A stretch of 64,000 nucleotides of DNA from the NCBI GenBank assembly GCA_002309955.1, contig DBXQ01000102.1, positions 32,096-96,095 of the forward strand, read 5' to 3'. Made by a program: the position numbers and the translations under genes. Shown here one piece after another: positions 55,401 through 64,000 of this stretch. This DNA comes from Bacteroidales bacterium UBA1208 (GTDB taxonomy: Bacteria > Bacteroidota > Bacteroidia > Bacteroidales > P3). The notes beneath the pieces are model-generated. The model saw only the letters and a list, made by a program, of their open reading frames with translations. It made no database searches and was not told where the DNA came from. The first letter of the stretch is position 1. The number at the start of each line of letters is the position of its first letter.

Positions 55401-55412
55401 GGGAGGGGGATG

Positions 55413-56276
55413 TTAGAATGTGTAATTAAAGCCTACACGTATCCAGTTTCGGTTGGAGCTGATGGGAGAGCCGTTGATGCCGAAGCCAATCTCGTTGGAA
55501 TGGGCAGTGATGTCGGTGGTGGTGATGCGAGAGAGAACACGGGGAGTGGTGGTGTAGTCATATTCTTCGACAACGATAGTCTTTTTGTAGATGGTGTGGT
55601 CGACACTGAAAGCCAGAATGTCGAGATAGAGGTCGACATAGCATTTGGGTGAGAGCTGCCAACTAAGACCAGGGACAATTTTGCAGCCGATAGAGGTGGA
55701 AGATTCGGGGATGCTGTAGGAGGTGTCGATAGTATAGTGAAGTTCGCGGCGATACCAATCGAGGAATTCGTGGCGATGGGCGATGTTGACTTGGCTGAAA
55801 TAGGCATCGAGTTCGGCAAAGAAGGCGATGTCGCCTAATAGGATGAGTTCATAGCGAAGATAAGGTGCGATGGTGAATTGGGTGCGGTATTGCGTGAAGT
55901 TTGCAACAAGACTGTCGTAGGGAGGGAGGATGCGGATATTTTCGAAATTGGGATGGCGCAGTTTGAATTCCTCCATGGAGAAGTCGCCTTTTGTGCGGGA
56001 ATAGCCGAACATGGCAGAGACACCAAACTGGATTTTGCCCAGTTGGTAGCCGAATTTGGCACCGATTGACAGGGAAAGGGGTTTGTTGTTTCTGAAACTA
56101 CCGGTATCGATGATGGTGGTATCTAAGCCCGTAAGAGGACTGGGACCATCGTAACGTGATTCGAACGAGGAGGAACCTTGCGAGAAGGAACCGCCCAACT
56201 GCGCACTGACGACGAACTGGGCATGTGCCAGCTGGACAGTGGCGAGGAGGAAAAGAGTGAGGAGTATCTTTTTCAT
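55413..56276 (-). CDS. Outer-membrane beta-barrel protein (porin-family, paralog 2)
   Basis: Signal peptide MKKILLTLFLLATVQLAHAQ, alternating beta-strand pattern, and C-terminus NWIRVGFNYTF. Confidence 0.7.
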   Translation of the reverse strand: MKKILLTLFLLATVQLAHAQFVVSAQLGGSFSQGSSSFESRYDGPSPLTGLDTTIIDTGSFRNNKPLSLSIGAKFGYQLGKIQFGVSAMFGYSRTKGDFSMEEFKLRHPNFENIRILPPYDSLVANFTQYRTQFTIAPYLRYELILLGDIAFFAELDAYFSQVNIAHRHEFLDWYRRELHYTIDTSYSIPESSTSIGCKIVPGLSWQLSPKCYVDLYLDILAFSVDHTIYKKTIVVEEYDYTTTPRVLSRITTTDITAHSNEIGFGINGSPISSNRNWIRVGFNYTF

Positions 56277-56289
56277 GATTCAGAAAGAC

Positions 56290-57141
56290 TTAGAATGTGA
56301 AATAGAAACCTGCGCGTACCCAGTTGTTTACACCTTGTTGGGTGAGGAGTGGGGTGCCCGTTAGGCCACCCTTGATTTCGGTGGATTGGGAAGTGGTGGT
56401 ATTGGCGGTGTAGGTCCAACCTTCAAGTTGTCCCATACCGCTGATTTGGAATTGGTATTTGAGGTCGACACGTTCGGTGGTGGTGCGAGTAAAAGCAAAG
56501 GAAAGGAAGTCCATGTATAGCTCGACGCCACAGTTTTTGGAGAGTTGCCAGGTGAGACCAGGAATTATTCGGGCACCCATTTCGACAGAAGAGCGGGGAA
56601 TAGGAATGGCATTGGAGTCGATGGTAAAGCCGATAGCGGGATTGGCTATGATATAGTTTTCGACGTGTGCTTGTTCGATAACCGGATTTAAGGTGGCGGT
56701 GTAGAAAAGGTTGAGTTCAACAAAAAGGGAAATATCGCCAGCCGTCAAGACATCGTAGCGGAAGTAGGGAGCGATGGTGTAGGAGGCATATTTGGTGCTC
56801 ATAAAGCCTTTGGAAGCCCAAGAGGGAAACTGGGAGCTTGCCATGGGAATGATGGTTGGGTCAAGAGGTTGATTTTCGAGGGTGTACATAGAATAAGACC
56901 CGGATACACCAACTTGTGCTTTGCCGAACTTGTAACCGAGTTTCAGACCTGCGGTGAGGTTGGAAGTGGCGATGGGGAAGATGGTGGTGTCGTTTTCGGA
57001 ACTGGTGGCGACGGAAACTTGAGAGTGGATGTTGGTGTCACCTGAGAACTTGCTGCCCCCAATGTTGGCACTAATAATAAATTGTGCATTGGCTGAGAAA
57101 GCGAAGACTGCCAAGGCGAGAGCGAGAAATATCCTTTTCAT
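56290..57141 (-). CDS. Outer-membrane beta-barrel protein (porin-family, paralog 1)
   Basis: Signal peptide MKRIFLALALAVFAFSANAQ and C-terminus NWVRAGFYFTF. It is collinear with the neighbouring paralog. Confidence 0.7.
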   Translation of the reverse strand: MKRIFLALALAVFAFSANAQFIISANIGGSKFSGDTNIHSQVSVATSSENDTTIFPIATSNLTAGLKLGYKFGKAQVGVSGSYSMYTLENQPLDPTIIPMASSQFPSWASKGFMSTKYASYTIAPYFRYDVLTAGDISLFVELNLFYTATLNPVIEQAHVENYIIANPAIGFTIDSNAIPIPRSSVEMGARIIPGLTWQLSKNCGVELYMDFLSFAFTRTTTERVDLKYQFQISGMGQLEGWTYTANTTTSQSTEIKGGLTGTPLLTQQGVNNWVRAGFYFTF

Positions 57142-57171
57142 TTATAATATTTTATTGTTTCAGAATGAATA

Positions 57172-57224
57172 ATCTTTGCATGTTCAGACTATGTTTTTGG
57201 ACATAGTTTTGAACATGCAAAGAT
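57172..57224. repeat. Imperfect palindrome that overlaps a -7 box (57218-57225, minus strand)
   Basis: atctttgcatgttca(gac)tatgt ... acata(gttt)tgaacatgcaaagat. The right arm contains TATCTTTG on the minus strand, upstream of the start at 57141. Confidence 0.6.
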
Positions 57225-57256
57225 ACAACTTTTTTTTTAATTACAAAAAAAGTTTG

Positions 57257-58318
57257 TCAGAAGACTACTTTTGAAGAAAGGATTCCGCCTTCGACTTTGT
57301 GGAGCAGGGTGCCGTCGGGACGGAAAGTGTAGAGGTCGGCATTGGCATTGTAGGGGCTGTTGGAGATGTAGAGGTTGCCGGAGGCGGGGTCGATGTTGAT
57401 GCTGTAGGCGTAGGGCATATCGGAGCTATATTGCTGAAGAATAGGCTGAGCTTGCATGGTGGAAAGATCGACTTTGTAGAAGTTGGCGGAAGGGTGATAT
57501 TGGGCATCGTAGGATGTGTTGTAGAGGTAGACGTTGTTGTCATGAATGTCGAAGTTGGTAGCAGCGACGGGAAGGGGTTGGTGTGAGCCATCGGAGACAT
57601 TGACTATTAGGGTTTGGGCGGGATTGGCATCATAGTCGCCTGCGCATGATACAATGAAGCGATGGGAGTCGAGGGCTTTGATTTTGCCAGGGTTGTGTCC
57701 AACATTGATTTTGTGGGTCTCGGTAAATGATGGGAGGTTGACAACGGAGACAGTGCTGTCATAGACGGAGTTGCCGTTGGCATCGTATTGCCAGCAGTTG
57801 CAGACGTATATATTGTCGCCAATGATGCAGAGTTGTTCAGGTTGCATGCCACTTAGGGGACAAGAGGCTTCGATTAGGAGGGAGAGGGTGTCGATGCATA
57901 CAATGGTTTTGTCGTAGCAGGAGACATAGATTTTGCCGTTGTGAGGCACGATGTAGCGCGGGCCACGGTTGCCCATGTCGATTTGTTTGATGCTTTTGCC
58001 GGAGACAGGGTTGATGACTTCGATGGTGTTGGAAGTGAATACCGTGGCATATAGCTTGTTGCCATAATGGATGAGGTCTTGGGCGAGGTCGCCAATGCCT
58101 CGTCGGTTGTTGCTGCTGAACCAGTCGAGGGTGATATTGCCGTTGTCTAAGTTGATGAGGCTGATTTCGGCATCGTTGCCACCCCAGGAGCCTTCGCTGA
58201 GGAGGTATGCGGATTTTGGGGTGGAATCGGTTGGTTCGGGGTCGGGTTGCGGGTCTTTTTTGCATCCTGTGGTGAGAAGTGCAGAAAGCATCAGCAGAAT
58301 AAATACATTGTGTTTCAT
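57257..58318 (-). CDS. Surface lipoprotein, YncE-like/DUF5074-type beta-propeller (BtuG-type accessory candidate)
   Basis: I start it at ATG 58316-58318: MKHNVFILLMLSALLTTGCKKD (lipobox). The motif YLLSEGSWGGNDAEISLI....G...D.F...N.R.IGD.AQD is a propeller-blade pattern. It lies directly downstream of the TonB receptor. Confidence 0.6.
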   Translation of the reverse strand: MKHNVFILLMLSALLTTGCKKDPQPDPEPTDSTPKSAYLLSEGSWGGNDAEISLINLDNGNITLDWFSSNNRRGIGDLAQDLIHYGNKLYATVFTSNTIEVINPVSGKSIKQIDMGNRGPRYIVPHNGKIYVSCYDKTIVCIDTLSLLIEASCPLSGMQPEQLCIIGDNIYVCNCWQYDANGNSVYDSTVSVVNLPSFTETHKINVGHNPGKIKALDSHRFIVSCAGDYDANPAQTLIVNVSDGSHQPLPVAATNFDIHDNNVYLYNTSYDAQYHPSANFYKVDLSTMQAQPILQQYSSDMPYAYSINIDPASGNLYISNSPYNANADLYTFRPDGTLLHKVEGGILSSKVVF

Positions 58319-58353
58319 GTTCTGTTGTTTGTTGATTAATGATTTATAGTTGA

Positions 58354-60372
58354 TTAAATGATCCATGTTAATCCGAAGCGGTAGTTGCGTCCCATCATGG
58401 GGTAACTCTTCACCACTTCATATTGTATGTTGAAGAGATTGAGGATTTGCAACTTTGCTTTGAGTTGGGTTTTGCCGATGTCGAAGGAGCGGCTAAGGGT
58501 AACACTTTGGTCGGCGTAGCCCGGGACACGGGAGGCAGGTGTATTCTGCTGTTTGGCGAAGCGTTCGCCGACCAGCATGAGAGAAAGGCCTATATCGACC
58601 CAAGGAGTAGAGGCGGTGAGAGTGGCATTGCCGCTGTGACGAGGCGTGTAGGGAATTTGGTGCCCATAGGTTTTGTTGGAGGGGTCGGTGCGATCGACAG
58701 CATATTGGTAAGAGTAACCGATACTGATGTCGATGCGAGTGCGGGGAAAGGTGTAGTTTTGGAAGGTGGCATTGGCGGTAAGATCGAGTCCTAAGATTTC
58801 TACTTTTCCCAAGTTAATCATTGACCAAAGGTACATGTTTTGCATCGGTATGGCTACAATCTTGTCGCTGACACGATTGATGTATAGGTCGGCGGTGGAG
58901 GTGTAAGCAGCCACAGCCTCTTTGAGGTGAATGGGGTCGCTTTGGTATGTGAGGCCGATGTTATGCTGGAGTGCTTTTTCGGGTTTGAGCGAATGCCCCA
59001 CAGTGTAGTAATAAAGTTCATTGAAGTTAGGAACCCGATAATTCTCTTTGAAGAAATAGCGGAAAGTGAAGTGGTGGAGAGGGTAGGAGATACCCAGATA
59101 GGGCGAGAGCCGTTTGTACGGGGAAGAGGTGACGGCTGATTCGTAGTCGTGAATCCATGTGCCAAGGAGGTTGGCGTTGGCACGGAGGTCGTTGAGGAAT
59201 GGAATAAGATGTGCTTTGTATTCGAGAGAGAGGGCACCCAAGGCAGAGAGACGGAGCACATCGTTATGGAGGTTGAGGTTGCTGAGGAGGTGGTTGGCAG
59301 ATTCGTCTGCGGAAAGACTTATTGACAAGAAATCATTGTGGTATCGCAGGGCTTGGGAGAGGTAACCTTCCTGTTGTTGGTATTGATTGCGAAGAGTACC
59401 GATGGTGTGTACGGCTGTATCGACATAGATGTCTTCGCTCATCTGGTATTTGCTCAGTAGTTGGAAGTCCCATTGGTGACCAGTATGGCGAAAGCGGGCT
59501 TGGGTGAAAAAGAGTTGCTCTTCGCTATGTTCAGACCCTCTTGCAGAATAATAAATCACGGGGCCTGGCAGGGCATGATAACCATTCATGTAGTGTGCTT
59601 TGATGTGCAGGCGGTTGTGGCTGTCGATGCGGAAAAAATAGTTAAGGTCGGCGGTGCCGATGTTGATGTGGGAATTTGTTCTCCGCTCGTGAGAGCAGCT
59701 ATCGGTGCGTCCGGGTGTGTAGTAAAGTGTGAAAGGATAGTTGCCGTCGGAGTGGAGAAAGTTGCTCCAGAAGGAAAGGGACATGCGGCGTCCAATCTGT
59801 TGTTCGTAAGAGAGTGTAGGGGAGATGAGTCCGAAGGAGCCACCCTCAAGGCCAAGACGGAGGTTGAAGGGTCGGGAGCCGAACTCGGGTTCGTGGGTTT
59901 CCATATTGATAATGCTGCCAGCCGAATGGGCGCGTGCAGAGTTGAGAGCGTTGTCCATTTGTCCGTTTGAGAGGGATATGTAGCTACTGTTGCCGAGCAT
60001 GTAACGCCCGAGATCGACTTGTCCGTTCTGGCAGTCGGTGACAGCAACCCCGTCGATGGTGAGGGTACTGAATTGGCTGCCGAGACCACGTGCGGAGACG
60101 GTCTTTATTCCCCCGATGCCGCCATAGTCTTTGATTGATACGCCTACCATGCGGCGCAGGACATCGCTGAGTTGGGCGTCGCCCAATTGTTCCATCTTTT
60201 CCGAAGAAGCCACTTGAGTGGGTGTTTGGGTCTTGATGGTCTCAGGGCGGCTATTTGTTTGGATGACGGTGACTGGGGGTAGTGTGACAGCTCGCCGTGT
60301 GGTATCTTGTGCTGATACGGTGGCTTGAAAGAGGTTTAATAATATAAGTAATAATATTATATATTGTTTCAT
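58354..60372 (-). CDS. btuB: TonB-dependent receptor, BtuB-like (cobalamin/corrinoid)
   Basis: Signal peptide, plug-domain motifs (DVLRRMVGVSI, TLTIDGV), a 672-aa barrel, and a cobalamin riboswitch immediately upstream. Confidence 0.8.
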   Translation of the reverse strand: MKQYIILLLILLNLFQATVSAQDTTRRAVTLPPVTVIQTNSRPETIKTQTPTQVASSEKMEQLGDAQLSDVLRRMVGVSIKDYGGIGGIKTVSARGLGSQFSTLTIDGVAVTDCQNGQVDLGRYMLGNSSYISLSNGQMDNALNSARAHSAGSIINMETHEPEFGSRPFNLRLGLEGGSFGLISPTLSYEQQIGRRMSLSFWSNFLHSDGNYPFTLYYTPGRTDSCSHERRTNSHINIGTADLNYFFRIDSHNRLHIKAHYMNGYHALPGPVIYYSARGSEHSEEQLFFTQARFRHTGHQWDFQLLSKYQMSEDIYVDTAVHTIGTLRNQYQQQEGYLSQALRYHNDFLSISLSADESANHLLSNLNLHNDVLRLSALGALSLEYKAHLIPFLNDLRANANLLGTWIHDYESAVTSSPYKRLSPYLGISYPLHHFTFRYFFKENYRVPNFNELYYYTVGHSLKPEKALQHNIGLTYQSDPIHLKEAVAAYTSTADLYINRVSDKIVAIPMQNMYLWSMINLGKVEILGLDLTANATFQNYTFPRTRIDISIGYSYQYAVDRTDPSNKTYGHQIPYTPRHSGNATLTASTPWVDIGLSLMLVGERFAKQQNTPASRVPGYADQSVTLSRSFDIGKTQLKAKLQILNLFNIQYEVVKSYPMMGRNYRFGLTWII

Positions 60373-60394
60373 AAATGTAATTTACAAACCTTTC

Positions 60395-60585
60395 CTCGAG
60401 GTCGGTTAAATTAGCGATTTGGCAGGTCTTCTGACTTGTCTCACGATTTTTTTAAGCCTTCCCATGCCGAATGGTAGCACAGTGGCATTGCAATAAAAAA
60501 ATCGTTGCAACGGACTTACAGCAGCGGGACTGTTGCCGACTTTCACGGCATTCCCTATTCACGCCTTAGTGGCGACCAAATCGGC
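60395..60585 (-). promoter_or_regulatory. Cobalamin (B12) riboswitch
   Basis: The minus strand reads aatAGGGAAtgccGTGaAAgTCggcaaCAGtCCCGCtGCTGTaag ... GCCACTGtg...ggcatGGGAAGGC ... aGTCAGAAGACCTGCC (B12 box at 60421-60435). Confidence 0.8.
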
Positions 60586-60587
60586 TG

Positions 60588-60595
60588 CAAAATTA
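60588..60595 (-). promoter_or_regulatory. Bacteroidota -7 promoter box for the riboswitch-btuB operon
   Basis: TAATTTTG on the minus strand, just upstream of the riboswitch. Confidence 0.45.
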
Positions 60596-60766
60596 CAAAG
60601 AAAAATTGACATGATAGAAAAAAACGAATCAGGAATATTCTTGGGCGCAGGAGTGCTGTGGTAATGTCCCATCTGAGAAGTATCAGCTAAAATGTTAAAT
60701 ACTATTAATTGTTGTAAGATTTGGAAGAGTGCTTCGTTATTGTAATAAACATAAAAACATAGAGAG

Positions 60767-61204
60767 ATGAAGAAAACAATGTTGTTGTATATTTTAGCGG
60801 CAATGGTCGTAGTTGTGACAGGCGTTTTAGCCTGCGGGAAAACAGAAAAGAATGTCGATGTGAGAGTTGCTCAGGTGTCGACGACAGATTGTGGCACACA
60901 TGCTGAAGGATTAGGGGCAAAAGACTTAGATGGCGGGGAGCAATATCTGCTTTCTTATTATGGTAGAGCATTACATGTAACACATGTGAACTGGGTTGTG
61001 CCGTGTGACTTTCACAATGTGCGGGTAACGGTGGCAGTGGAGGAAGACACAATCGTGATTGACGAGTCGAATGAAGGAGGAGAGGTGGATTGTATTTGTA
61101 GGGTTGATAATAGGTATTGGATAGAAAATGTTGCGCAAGGAATGTACACTATCATTTTCAAGGTGGGCGGTGAAGAACATCATCGTTGTGCGTACAATAT
61201 GTAA
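60767..61204 (+). CDS. Hypothetical lipoprotein
   Basis: MKKTMLLYILAAMVVVVTGVLACGK (lipobox). 145 aa with several Cys. Confidence 0.55.
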   Translation: MKKTMLLYILAAMVVVVTGVLACGKTEKNVDVRVAQVSTTDCGTHAEGLGAKDLDGGEQYLLSYYGRALHVTHVNWVVPCDFHNVRVTVAVEEDTIVIDESNEGGEVDCICRVDNRYWIENVAQGMYTIIFKVGGEEHHRCAYNM

Positions 61205-61380
61205 GTATGATTTCGTGAGTGGCAGAAGTCTACATATATGAAGTAATAGTTGTTATAGAATTGATTTGCAGATTGATGGTCGAATATATGGCGTTTTTTT
61301 TTATTTTGATGGGTACACAATAAAAATTACAGAAAGAGCGTTATGTAATATCCGTATATGAAGTGCGGATATTGTGATAT

Positions 61381-64000
61381 ATGGCAAAGAACGCAGAGAA
61401 TGAATCCCCCTTGATGAAGCAGCATGCAGAGATGAAACGTAAGTTTCCTGATGCAATGTTGTTGTTCCGTGTAGGCGATTTTTATGAGACATTTGGAGAA
61501 GATGCCCGCAAAGCATCGCAGATACTGGGTATCACTTTGACTCGTAAAGCGAGTGGAGGTGGTGGATATACCGATTTGGCTGGGATACCATATCATGCAG
61601 TCGACCAATATTTGCCTCGTTTGGTGAGAGCAGGATTGCGTGTGGCCATTTGTGAGCAATTGGAAGACCCTAAGACAGTGAAAGGTTTGGTAAAACGTGG
61701 TATCACTGAGTTGGTGACACCAGGTGTGTCATACAACGATATGGTGTTGGATGTAAAGGAGAACAATTTCTTATGTGGTCTTCATTTGGGAGACAAGATT
61801 CATGGCATTTCGTTTCTTGATGTCTCAACGGGAGAGTTTTTTGTGGCGCAGGGAGATTTAGCTTATATCGATAAATTGATGCAGAATTTTCATCCTTCCG
61901 AGGTTGTGCTGCAACGGAAGAAACTGCACTGGTTTCTGGACCATTTCGCGGAGAAATATTATACCAATACTTTTGATGACTGGGTTTTTACAAGCGATTT
62001 TGCCAATGAGTTATTGATGAAACAATTTGGCACCACGTCGTTGAAGGGATTCGGAGTGGAAGAATTGACAGAGGGTGTAATAGCTGCAGGTGCCGCTCTT
62101 TATTATTTACAAGATACACAGCACGACCGCACACAACATATTTGTTCAATCAACCGTATAGAGGAGGGAAGATATGTTTGGCTGGATAAATTTACTGTGA
62201 GGAATTTAGAGTTGGTCTTTTCCCCACATGACAATGCACGCACGCTCCTTGATGTTCTGGATCAAGCCGTCACTCCTATGGGGTCACGACTGCTACGCAG
62301 ATGGATTGTTATGCCGCTAAAGGAGCGTTCGGCCATAGAGGAGCGTCTGCATGTGGTAGATATTTTGGTACGTAACCGCGACATGGCTACTCAGTTGCTT
62401 CCTCAGATTCAGATGGTAGGGGATTTGGAACGCCTCATTTCAAAAGTGTCTGTTGGACGGATTAACCCCCGAGAATTGCAGCAGTTGAAGCGCTCGCTAA
62501 TGGCAATAGCTCAAATTCAGCAACTCTGTTTAAAGGTTGATGACGAAGCGTTCCATCGGATAGCAGAACGCCTAAACCCTTGTCAAAATATTTATGAGCG
62601 TATTGACAGGGAAATTAAAGAAGACCCGCCTGCGAAAATGGATAAGGGAGGAGTGATATCCGCTGGTGTCAACGACGAACTTGATGAATTGCGTTCATTG
62701 GCAGGATCAGGTAAGGAATGTTTGATGGAGATTCAGCGTCGAGAGAGTGAACGTACCGGTATTCCGTCGCTGAAAGTCGGATTCAACAATATTTTCGGCT
62801 ATTATCTCGAGGTCACTAATACTCATAAAGACAAAGTACCTCCCGATTGGACCCGCAAACAGACTCTCACTAATGCAGAACGTTATATCACACCTGAGTT
62901 AAAGGAATATGAGGAAAAGATATTAGGGGCTGAAGAACGCATTCTTACGCTCGAAGCGCAATTGTATGGGCAGCTGCTTTCCGACTTGATGGCTTATCTT
63001 GAACCCATTCAATATAATGCTCAGTTGGTGGCAAGATTAGATTGTCTGCAAGGATTCGCTGAAGTGGCTTTGGCTAATAATTATTGCCGTCCTGTCTTGT
63101 CGGACGATACTGTCATCGACATAAAAGAAGGCCGTCACCCCGTCATTGAGACTCAATTGCCTCTTGGTGAGCAGTACGTAAGTAATAATGTCTTTCTTGA
63201 TTGCAATACCCAGCAGATAATAATTATCACGGGTCCCAATATGTCTGGTAAATCAGCTTTGCTTAGACAGACAGCACTCATCGTTCTGATGGCTCAGATC
63301 GGGTGTTACTGCCCTGCCAAGGAAGCTCACGTAGGTATAGTGGACAAAATTTTCACCCGTGTGGGTGCGTCAGACAATATTTCTTCGGGAGAATCGACGT
63401 TTATGGTAGAGATGAACGAAACAGCGAGTATCCTTAATAATATATCTGACAGGAGTCTTGTACTGCTTGATGAAATTGGGCGAGGAACATCAACCTACGA
63501 TGGTATTTCCATAGCATGGGCTATTACCGAATATCTCCACAATTATCCCAAGGCGCGTGCCAAAGTGATGTTTGCCACCCATTACCATGAACTTATAGAG
63601 ATGGCAGATCAGTACGAACGGATTCAAAACTATCATATTTCTGTACGTGAAGTGGCCAATAAGGTTATTTTCCTTCGGAAACTGGAGATGGGTGGGAGCG
63701 AGCACAGTTTTGGCATTCATGTGGCGCGGATGGCAGGTATGCCGGCGCAGGTTTTAAAGCGTGCAAACAGTATGCTTGAGCTGCTCGAATCGAAGAGTGA
63801 AAAGATATCAGATTTGAATCCAAAAATAGAAAAAAAGAAGAAAAATGAGGCTAAAAATAGCCCTGATGCAGGCTATCAACTTAGTTTTATTCAGCTTGAT
63901 GACCCAACATTGTTAGAAATTCGAGACAAATTGTTGGATATTGATATTGATTCACTTACACCAATAGAAGCTTTATTGAAGTTGAATGAGATAAAAAATA
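61381..64000 (+). CDS. mutS: DNA mismatch repair protein MutS (3' end just beyond the window)
   Basis: Hand translation gives [56 protein letters not shown]... Walker A is [13 protein letters not shown] (near 63233), followed by [12 protein letters not shown]. The frame is open to 64000. It is absent from the ORF track because no stop falls in the window. Confidence 0.93.
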   Translation, partial: MAKNAENESPLMKQHAEMKRKFPDAMLLFRVGDFYETFGEDARKASQILGITLTRKASGGGGYTDLAGIPYHAVDQYLPRLVRAGLRVAICEQLEDPKTVKGLVKRGITELVTPGVSYNDMVLDVKENNFLCGLHLGDKIHGISFLDVSTGEFFVAQGDLAYIDKLMQNFHPSEVVLQRKKLHWFLDHFAEKYYTNTFDDWVFTSDFANELLMKQFGTTSLKGFGVEELTEGVIAAGAALYYLQDTQHDRTQHICSINRIEEGRYVWLDKFTVRNLELVFSPHDNARTLLDVLDQAVTPMGSRLLRRWIVMPLKERSAIEERLHVVDILVRNRDMATQLLPQIQMVGDLERLISKVSVGRINPRELQQLKRSLMAIAQIQQLCLKVDDEAFHRIAERLNPCQNIYERIDREIKEDPPAKMDKGGVISAGVNDELDELRSLAGSGKECLMEIQRRESERTGIPSLKVGFNNIFGYYLEVTNTHKDKVPPDWTRKQTLTNAERYITPELKEYEEKILGAEERILTLEAQLYGQLLSDLMAYLEPIQYNAQLVARLDCLQGFAEVALANNYCRPVLSDDTVIDIKEGRHPVIETQLPLGEQYVSNNVFLDCNTQQIIIITGPNMSGKSALLRQTALIVLMAQIGCYCPAKEAHVGIVDKIFTRVGASDNISSGESTFMVEMNETASILNNISDRSLVLLDEIGRGTSTYDGISIAWAITEYLHNYPKARAKVMFATHYHELIEMADQYERIQNYHISVREVANKVIFLRKLEMGGSEHSFGIHVARMAGMPAQVLKRANSMLELLESKSEKISDLNPKIEKKKKNEAKNSPDAGYQLSFIQLDDPTLLEIRDKLLDIDIDSLTPIEALLKLNEIKN

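Noticed and set aside
57172-57180. A divergent + strand -7 box in the left arm of the palindrome (taatctttg).
   Set aside because: No 8-mer in it satisfies TAnnTTTG, and no + strand gene follows.

Overview
This is a 64-kb chromosomal window from a Bacteroidota genome, most likely Bacteroidales and Prevotella-like. The taxon call rests on T9SS C-terminal sorting domains, TAnnTTTG -7 promoter boxes, a UpxY-type NusG paralog and Tsx/DUF5020-type outer-membrane proteins. No database search was possible, so all product calls come from motifs read in the supplied translations.

Housekeeping content:
- A HydABC-type [FeFe]-hydrogenase operon (7.7-12.3 kb), with a hydrogenase-like putative sensor module 5 kb upstream (0.75-2.9 kb) and a second DRTGG+PHP pair at 40.2-41.4 kb.
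- Purine permease plus a Tsx-like porin, an SF1 helicase, rluD, miaB, trkA with two trkH paralogs, rlmH, ftsE, an OmpA-family protein and an acyl-CoA synthetase.
- mutS (61381 to the window end), which is missing from the ORF track because it has no stop in the window.
- Three large T9SS cargo proteins.
- A cobalamin-riboswitch-controlled TonB-receptor locus (54.6-60.6 kb).

Accessory content:
1. A roughly 5.2-kb integrative element in the 3' end of tRNA-Val(CAC). It is bounded by a 15-bp direct repeat (24567-29770) and carries a tyrosine integrase, an excisionase-like HTH, a VRR-NUC-like nuclease, iteron-like tandem repeats and two unknown proteins.
2. A strongly AT-rich island of about 2.3 kb (about 50.4-52.7 kb). 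It holds a two-gene cassette: a small 3-TM membrane protein followed by a TIR-like protein with a Cys-rich insert and a zinc ribbon. I consider this the best candidate for an undescribed (anti-phage-type) system.
3. A family of MITE-like repeats with 20-bp terminal inverted repeats and a conserved hairpin core, present in several same-orientation copies.
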